Below, piece after piece: positions 58,250-64,000 of a stretch of DNA of 64,000 nucleotides. A program made the translations under genes and the position numbers. Position 1 is the stretch's first letter. Every line of letters begins with the position of its first letter. This DNA comes from Smithellaceae bacterium (GTDB lineage: Bacteria > Desulfobacterota > Syntrophia > Syntrophales > Smithellaceae), in contig CAXXVL010000002.1 of assembly GCA_963667845.2 (NCBI GenBank), forward strand, positions 2,496,001 to 2,560,000, written 5' to 3'. Below the pieces are notes generated by a model. That model was not told the origin of the DNA, did no database searches, and saw nothing but the letters and a program-made list of their open reading frames with translations.

Positions 58250-58415
58250 GCCGTCAATAATCCAAGTAGCCCCTGACGAACAAGTCAGGAGCTTTGCCAT
58301 TCCGTCAAGGGATTTTTCCGAAGAGGCGGGGGAACTGGCGCCGACGCTCAAGCTCCGCCGCCGTGAAAGCGTCAAACGTTGCAGCGATCATATGGATGAC
58401 TTTTACAGCAAATAA
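58250..58415 (+). pseudogene. Long-chain fatty acid-CoA ligase C-terminal remnant
   Basis: EQVRSFAIPSRDFSEEAGELAPTLKLRRR...DDFYSK*; 5' boundary approximate. Confidence 0.72.
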
Positions 58416-58455
58416 AAACGACGTGCCGGCGATCGGATAAGCCGGCACGCCGTCT
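58412..58455 (-). terminator. Intrinsic terminator
   Basis: CGTGCCGGC/GCCGGCACG stem, T-rich tail on minus strand. Confidence 0.65.
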
Positions 58456-58469
58456 TTGGGGAAATATTT

Positions 58470-59108
58470 TTATTTTGCAGCATTATCAGGAGCGATCTTC
58501 CTGCCGAATTTTTCGATTTCATTTCCGGCGTCTTTCAGTCCCCGGCTGACGTCATCGGCGACGACGCGTCCTTTCTTCTTAAGTTTCTGGGACAGCTCTT
58601 CAGACTTTGCCAAAACGTCGTTGGTCCCTTTTTCAACTTTCTGCCCGGCCCAGGCGAAACTCTTTTCCAGATTCTTGCCTGCGGATTCCAGCGCCGCGCC
58701 GGTCTTGGCTGACTGCTTTTTGGCCCACGATTCCGTTGATTTGATGTGGTCATTTGTAGCCAGCGCGAGATAAGCGCGCGCAAAAGCATCTTCCATTTTC
58801 TTCTCGGAGGTCACGGCGCCCTTTTTCGTGTCGTCGGCTAATTGATCCAGTTCTTTGGCCGATGCCGCCAAGCCTTCTTTCCCCTTGGCTGTGGCCTTGT
58901 CCGCTTCCGTCTTCATGTACGCCGCGCCTTTTTTAATCTGCTTTGCAGCGGCATCGTAGTTCTTTTGCAGATACTCCTTTTTGGCCTTCTGAAACGTCTG
59001 CTCGATGGACGAGGATGTTTCCGAATCCGCAATGGCTGCCAAGGGGAGAACTCCCGCAAAGAGCAGCGCAAAAATGATGACGACGAGAATACGCTGTAAA
59101 TGTTGCAT
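58470..59108 (-). CDS. Exported helical Ala/Lys-rich protein
   Basis: Signal peptide, AGGAG RBS; no catalytic motif. Confidence 0.8.
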   Translation of the reverse strand: MQHLQRILVVIIFALLFAGVLPLAAIADSETSSSIEQTFQKAKKEYLQKNYDAAAKQIKKGAAYMKTEADKATAKGKEGLAASAKELDQLADDTKKGAVTSEKKMEDAFARAYLALATNDHIKSTESWAKKQSAKTGAALESAGKNLEKSFAWAGQKVEKGTNDVLAKSEELSQKLKKKGRVVADDVSRGLKDAGNEIEKFGRKIAPDNAAK

Positions 59109-59296
59109 AATGAATCTCCTTTCCTGATATTCAAGATTTATAATAATCTGTCTATTGTGCGCAGGTTTGTCAACGTTGCTTCTTTTCCCTCGTTTTCAAA
59201 TCGTAGGATTATTGATCAAGATGTGTTATAGCCAGTGCGCCGATTTATCTCGCGAACTGTTTGTGGCTATATTTGCAGCTGAGGTTGAGGTCTTCT

Positions 59297-59593
59297 ATGC
59301 AGGAAATTCTGGTTGTTGCGGCAATTGCTTTGGCGATATTCTTTCTTCCCCGTCTTTTGGGCAGGAAACCCGCTCCCGAATACCTGCGCCCGGACCCCGG
59401 CTTGGCGCCGCCTCTGACGGGGCGGATCCGTCTTGCCATCCTGATCACGGTTTTATGGGTCGCCGGTTTGGCTGCTTTATTGAAACCCTGGGAAGGAAAT
59501 AAATTTCTTTTTATTTGCCTGACTTTGGGACCCATCCTCCTGATTTGGGGCGGCGTATGGGTCTGGTTCGGTTTCAAGAAATACAGACGTTAA
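59297..59593 (+). CDS. Small membrane protein
   Basis: Three hydrophobic segments; GAGG RBS. Confidence 0.7.
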   Translation: MQEILVVAAIALAIFFLPRLLGRKPAPEYLRPDPGLAPPLTGRIRLAILITVLWVAGLAALLKPWEGNKFLFICLTLGPILLIWGGVWVWFGFKKYRR

Positions 59594-59875
59594 ATACTTC
59601 GTTTTTCCGCTTCAGCAAGTCAGGCACCCTCAGGTGTTTCAATCAGGGCAGCAGAAATTAAAGCTCTTCGGGGCGGCCTTTGCCGGTTTTGCCCGGCTGC
59701 ATGATGCGCCGTCGATTCATAACCGCGTGCAGTACATTAATTGGCGTCTGCAATTTCCATCACGTCTTCGGTGTAACTCGGTTTGATTTACATTAATAGG
59801 CAATAGACCGGTGCTTCAAACATTCATGCTTTGCCTGAATTATTTCTCATCCATCTCTTTGGCCAAGCGGGCTTC

Positions 59876-59935
59876 AAAAAATCGTGACCGCGGGTCACGA
59901 TTTTTGTTGACTTATGATCTTCTTCCCCTTAAGAT
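59876..59935 (+). promoter_or_regulatory. Inverted repeat plus sigma-70 promoter upstream of acyl-CoA ligase
   Basis: AAAAATCGTGACC-GCG-GGTCACGATTTTT abutting TTGACT-17 nt-TAAGAT. Confidence 0.6.
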
Positions 59936-60182
59936 ATCAAACAGCGGGAAACTTGCTTTGGAATGAGCACCATCAAGATCTTGGATAAGCCGTGGTGCTT
60001 ATTCCCAAACAAGTCGCCCGAAGCTTCTTGTGCAGGTTATGTTTTAGGTTTCATGAATTACCAGGCAGTTGATGGTTGGAATATATTTCTTGGTCATTTG
60101 TGTCAGCTACAAGCTTCGATAAGCCATAATTTCAGCATAGTGAATGTTTTTCGGACGACTTATTAAAAATAAGGAGAAGAAT

Positions 60183-61832
60183 ATGTCCGAAAAAACTTAT
60201 CTTGGCGGAGAGAGCTATGCGTATCCATTAATCATCAAGAAACTTCTGAATACCCCCCTGATTTATGCACCGGATCAGGAGATCGTCTACCGCGATGAAT
60301 CACGATACACGTATCGAACATTAAATGAACGTATCGGGCGGTTGGCCAACGCGCTTACGAAAACAGGTGTCGGCAGTGGGGACACGGTGGCCGTGTTTGA
60401 TTATGACAGTCACCGTTACCTGGAATGCTTCTTTGCGATTCCCATGATGGGAGCGGTCTTGCAGATGGTTAACTGGAGATTATCCGCCGACCAGATCGTT
60501 TATACCGTCAATCATGCGAAAGCAAAAGTGATCATCATCAATGCCGATTTTCTTCCCATCCTCGAGGAAATCCACGGTCAGCTCGAAACGGTCCAAACGA
60601 TTATTATGATTTCCAAAGACGGTGTGATGCATGAGACGCCTTTTGCAGTGTCCGGAGATTATGAAAATCTGCTCGCTCATGCAGCTGCATCCTATGATTT
60701 CCCTGATCTTGATGAAAATACCAGAGCCACAACTTTTTACACGACCGGGACGACCGGTTTGCCAAAAGGCGTGTATTATTCGCACCGCCAACTGATGCTC
60801 CATACACTTTCAAGCGCCGTAGCACTGGGGTCTTATCATACGATCGGTCGCTTCCGTTCAGAGGATGTTTACATGCCGATTACACCGATGTTTCACGTTC
60901 ACGCCTGGGGACTGCCTTACGTGGCGACACTGCTTGGCGCCAAACAGGTCTATCCGGGAAAGTACGAACCGGAAATGCTTTTGAAACTTGTGGATCAGGA
61001 AAAAGTTACTTTCTCGCACTGCGTTCCAACAGTGCTGCAAATGATCATTACCAGCCCGAAGGCTCAAAAAATCGATCTTTCGAACTGGAAGGTCATCGTC
61101 GGCGGATCGCGGCTTACCAGGGGCCTGGCCAAAGCGGCCCGGGACGCCGGTATTACGGTATTTACCGGATACGGAATGTCGGAGACCTGTCCGATCATCA
61201 GTCTCGGCGTGCCCAAACCGGATGGGCATCAAATCGGGGAAGATGACATGCTCGATATTGTCACTCGAACGGGCCTTCCTATTCCACTGGCTGAGATCCA
61301 GGTGGTGGACGCCGATAATCGGCCTCTGCCACATGATGGGGTTTCTTCAGGAGAAGTTGTGCTGCGGTCGCCCTGGCTCACCGAGAGCTATGTCGATGCT
61401 CCGGATAAAACCGAAGATCTCTGGCAGGAGGGATGGCTGCACACCGGAGATGTCGGTCACGTGGAAGACGGCTATTTACAGATTACCGATCGGATCAAGG
61501 ATGTGATCAAAAGCGGCGGCGAATGGGTGTCGTCTTTGGATCTGGAAAACATGATCGGCCAGCATGAAGCCGTTCTGGAATCGGCGGCAATCGGGATTCC
61601 GGACGAGAAATGGGGAGAGAGGCCTCTCATTTTTGTGGTCTTAAAGCCCGGTTACGAACGGCAAGTCGGTTCTGCCGAATTCAAGGTGCACATGCAGGGC
61701 TTCGCCGGTCAGGGACAGCTGCCCAAATACGGCGTTCCCGATCGGTACGAGATCGTTGATCAGATCGCCAAAACGAGCATCGGAAAAACCAATAAGAAAT
61801 GGTTAAGGGAACAATACATGAAAACACGATAG
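60183..61832 (+). CDS. Medium/long-chain fatty acid-CoA ligase
   Basis: YTTGTTGLPKG, PMFHVHAWG, GYGMSET, IKSGGEW. Confidence 0.93.
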   Translation: MSEKTYLGGESYAYPLIIKKLLNTPLIYAPDQEIVYRDESRYTYRTLNERIGRLANALTKTGVGSGDTVAVFDYDSHRYLECFFAIPMMGAVLQMVNWRLSADQIVYTVNHAKAKVIIINADFLPILEEIHGQLETVQTIIMISKDGVMHETPFAVSGDYENLLAHAAASYDFPDLDENTRATTFYTTGTTGLPKGVYYSHRQLMLHTLSSAVALGSYHTIGRFRSEDVYMPITPMFHVHAWGLPYVATLLGAKQVYPGKYEPEMLLKLVDQEKVTFSHCVPTVLQMIITSPKAQKIDLSNWKVIVGGSRLTRGLAKAARDAGITVFTGYGMSETCPIISLGVPKPDGHQIGEDDMLDIVTRTGLPIPLAEIQVVDADNRPLPHDGVSSGEVVLRSPWLTESYVDAPDKTEDLWQEGWLHTGDVGHVEDGYLQITDRIKDVIKSGGEWVSSLDLENMIGQHEAVLESAAIGIPDEKWGERPLIFVVLKPGYERQVGSAEFKVHMQGFAGQGQLPKYGVPDRYEIVDQIAKTSIGKTNKKWLREQYMKTR

Positions 61833-61852
61833 AACGTTAAGAACCCACTCTG

Positions 61853-61903
61853 ATCGGACGTTCATGGCGGCGCTCTCCGTGTCATGAGCGTCCGATTTTT
61901 TTT
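61853..61903 (+). terminator. Intrinsic terminator
   Basis: ATCGGACGTTCATG...CATGAGCGTCCGAT followed by T-run. Confidence 0.75.
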
Positions 61904-61998
61904 ATCGGGCAAGTGTTCATTGACACAGTGTTGTTCTTCTTGTACGTTGCCGGCACTATAGCCCGGCAGGAAATAAATGCCGGGGAAAGGAGCCTTCA

Positions 61999-63726
61999 TT
62001 GCTGATCAATCAGACCTGGCAGCCGCTTCCGGGCACCCTTCATGCGGAAATATATCCTTATCTCCGGAGACCCGATGTTCTGTCCTCGAATTCCTGTCTG
62101 ATCCGCACGGCCGACCAGATCATTCTCATCGATGCGGGTGCTCTCGTTTCGCAGACGGCTGAACTCGGCCGGATCCTGGCCCAATGTGGTCGCGAGCGTT
62201 TGCGTCCGGTGATGATCTATTTGACCCATTGCCATATCGACCATGCGCTGCAGGTGAGTGCCCAGAGGCAGGTCGTGACGACAGCGCCCGTCTGGATTGC
62301 CGTTCAGGAGGAAGGAGCGGCCTACCTGATCGACGGGGATCGCCAGAAAACCATTGCCGAGCTTTACGGCACAACTTTCCCCGCCATGCAACCGGATATC
62401 CGCCTTTTAACCGCGCAGGACTGCAAGCGGCAAGCTCCCCGCCGCGTTAATATTGCTCCGGGTGTCGTGTTGACGCTGCAAATGGAAGACGTTCCGACAG
62501 ACCTTGGTAAGCCGTGGGTCAGGCAGATCATCTCCATGGGCCCAGGAGATCATCTGGAGGTTTATCCGACGCCCGGCCACAGCCCTGACAGTATCTGCAT
62601 CCGCGCCGGAGAGATCCTGTTCATCGGCGACCTGCTGACAGCGGCGAACCCCATGGTTGCCGGAATATCCGGCTGGCATCGCGATGATCTCAGCGACTCG
62701 CTTTTGCGGGTCCGATGGCTTCTGGATCATATGCCGATCCGTTTTTGCTTTCCCGGCCACGGCACAATGATCCCGGCCGACAAAGTCCGCGGCATCCTGG
62801 AGAAGCTGAACCAAAAGACAAGTCGTTTGGAGGGCGTGACTCAAATGAACGAGGAGCGTCTCTTTCAGATAACGGATTACGCGCTGGAACTTATCAATGA
62901 AGCCGAGGAGGCTTTTTCGGCCATTGCCGGCCGGCTTCTTTATGCGGCCCATCAGCTTGAACTATTGGAGGAGGAAGCTGCCGCTCGTCGCTGCCGCGAG
63001 GCAATGAACATGGACGAGATCGATGCCTGTCTTACGGAATTCCGGAACATCTGCCAAAGCCTCACGGATGCTGAAATCCGCCGGGTAGAATTCGCCCATG
63101 GCGCGCTCCGGATTATCGAAAAAATAAAGTCTCTATTCAACCCGCGGCCGCTTGGCGCCATTTTGCCCCAGTCCCTGATCAACCAGGGGACCAGTCTGCT
63201 CCTGGATTTCATCGGGATCACCCACGGATGCCGCAATCTTGAAGAATTCATTCCGGCGGATATGAACGCGCTGATCAACGACTTACTGCAGGCGTGGCAG
63301 GTGAATCCGCATCAGGACACCTCCGTCATTGATCAGTCCGAAGATTATGAAAAATACCTGGCGGCGCTTATCCTGCGTGTAGGCTGCGGACCTTCCGTCG
63401 GCCGCCCTGCGGTAAATTTCACCGCTGCGCAAAATCTTCCTTTTGTTCGTATCGCCGCCGGCCGTTTTTTCAATACACTGATGAATTTTTTGGACTGGCT
63501 GCAGCTTGCCGATCCTTCATCCATCCATATTACCCTGACCGGCGATTTCAGCAGCCCGATGATCTGCGTGATGCCGCAGGGGTGGAACGGTTCATCGCCG
63601 ACGCCTCACGAGGAGAAAAAAATCAATTCCTTCAGACGCCGGTTTCGCCTTTGCGGTCTTGTATTGGAAGCACGAGAAGACGGATTCCGGCTGACGCTGG
63701 CTGAGGACCAGGCTGATCGCGAATGA
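61999..63726 (+). CDS. MBL-fold metallohydrolase with long C-terminal extension
   Basis: LIDAG, THCHIDH, TPGHSPDS, GDLL, PGHG; AAGGAG RBS before TTG. Confidence 0.87.
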   Translation: MLINQTWQPLPGTLHAEIYPYLRRPDVLSSNSCLIRTADQIILIDAGALVSQTAELGRILAQCGRERLRPVMIYLTHCHIDHALQVSAQRQVVTTAPVWIAVQEEGAAYLIDGDRQKTIAELYGTTFPAMQPDIRLLTAQDCKRQAPRRVNIAPGVVLTLQMEDVPTDLGKPWVRQIISMGPGDHLEVYPTPGHSPDSICIRAGEILFIGDLLTAANPMVAGISGWHRDDLSDSLLRVRWLLDHMPIRFCFPGHGTMIPADKVRGILEKLNQKTSRLEGVTQMNEERLFQITDYALELINEAEEAFSAIAGRLLYAAHQLELLEEEAAARRCREAMNMDEIDACLTEFRNICQSLTDAEIRRVEFAHGALRIIEKIKSLFNPRPLGAILPQSLINQGTSLLLDFIGITHGCRNLEEFIPADMNALINDLLQAWQVNPHQDTSVIDQSEDYEKYLAALILRVGCGPSVGRPAVNFTAAQNLPFVRIAAGRFFNTLMNFLDWLQLADPSSIHITLTGDFSSPMICVMPQGWNGSSPTPHEEKKINSFRRRFRLCGLVLEAREDGFRLTLAEDQADRE

Positions 63727-63902
63727 TGAAATCCTGAGACAGCGAACGATTTGGCGTCCGTGACAATTATCTTCTCAGAACCTGACGCCAGGCGTTTGTG
63801 AGTCGACAGCCGCGGTCAATGCAGGCAACCGGACCGCGCTCCAATCATAGCCGCGTCGTTTCGGAACGAACCTGTTCCATAGTGAATGTGGTCTTATTTT
63901 TC

Positions 63903-64000
63903 AATCCCGCTTAAGCGGGACGAGCGTTAATTCCCTGTCGCTTGCTGCGAAACAATGACGTTCATTTCATACCTCGACAGCTTGCCCCGAGGTGGTTGAA
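63903..64000 (+). repeat. Dispersed structured repeat, copy 6 (reaches window end)
   Basis: AATCCCGCTTAAGCGGGACGAGCG...CGAGGTGGTTGA. Confidence 0.93.

Noticed and set aside
1086..64000. Dispersed repeat as CRISPR array or integron attC sites
   Set aside because: Copies are kilobases apart with no regular spacers, no cas or integrase gene, no RYYYAAC/GTTRRRY pair, and not consistently 3' of genes
1..64000. Many long antisense or overlapping ORFs (e.g. 34501..35838, 38178..39332, 42981..44210, 49863..51041)
   Set aside because: Shadows of well-supported genes in GC-rich DNA; no motifs
1..64000. tRNA, rRNA, prophage or defence-system genes
   Set aside because: No cloverleaf/T-loop signature, rRNA motif, phage structural protein or recognisable defence gene found by eye

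Overview
Chromosomal region of an anaerobic deltaproteobacterium. A Syntrophales-like organism is inferred from gene content (several acyl-CoA ligases, TRAP and ABC binding proteins, FmdE and FmdB proteins). Main modules: an NHEJ cluster (two ku, split ligD, DUF72), a MerR unit, a 12-gene ArsR/arsenic-thiol-redox cluster, a LolCDE-like ABC export operon with a sigma-54-type promoter, a TRAP/acyl-CoA ligase locus, a P-type ATPase, a MarR pair, one complete but frameshifted IS481-type element and several gene remnants. No rRNA, tRNA or CRISPR array was recognised. Signals missed by the ORF track: (1) a ~100-bp multi-hairpin element dispersed in six intergenic copies; (2) a 45-aa ORF that duplicates the C-terminal domain of the MerR protein it is coupled to, behind a 19-bp-spacer promoter; (3) a 28-aa membrane peptide resembling the last helix of its upstream neighbour; (4) a DUF2946-like HHH/CxxC/KAPP protein followed by an RBS-ATG-TAG mini-cistron. 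All family calls come from motif recognition, not database searches.
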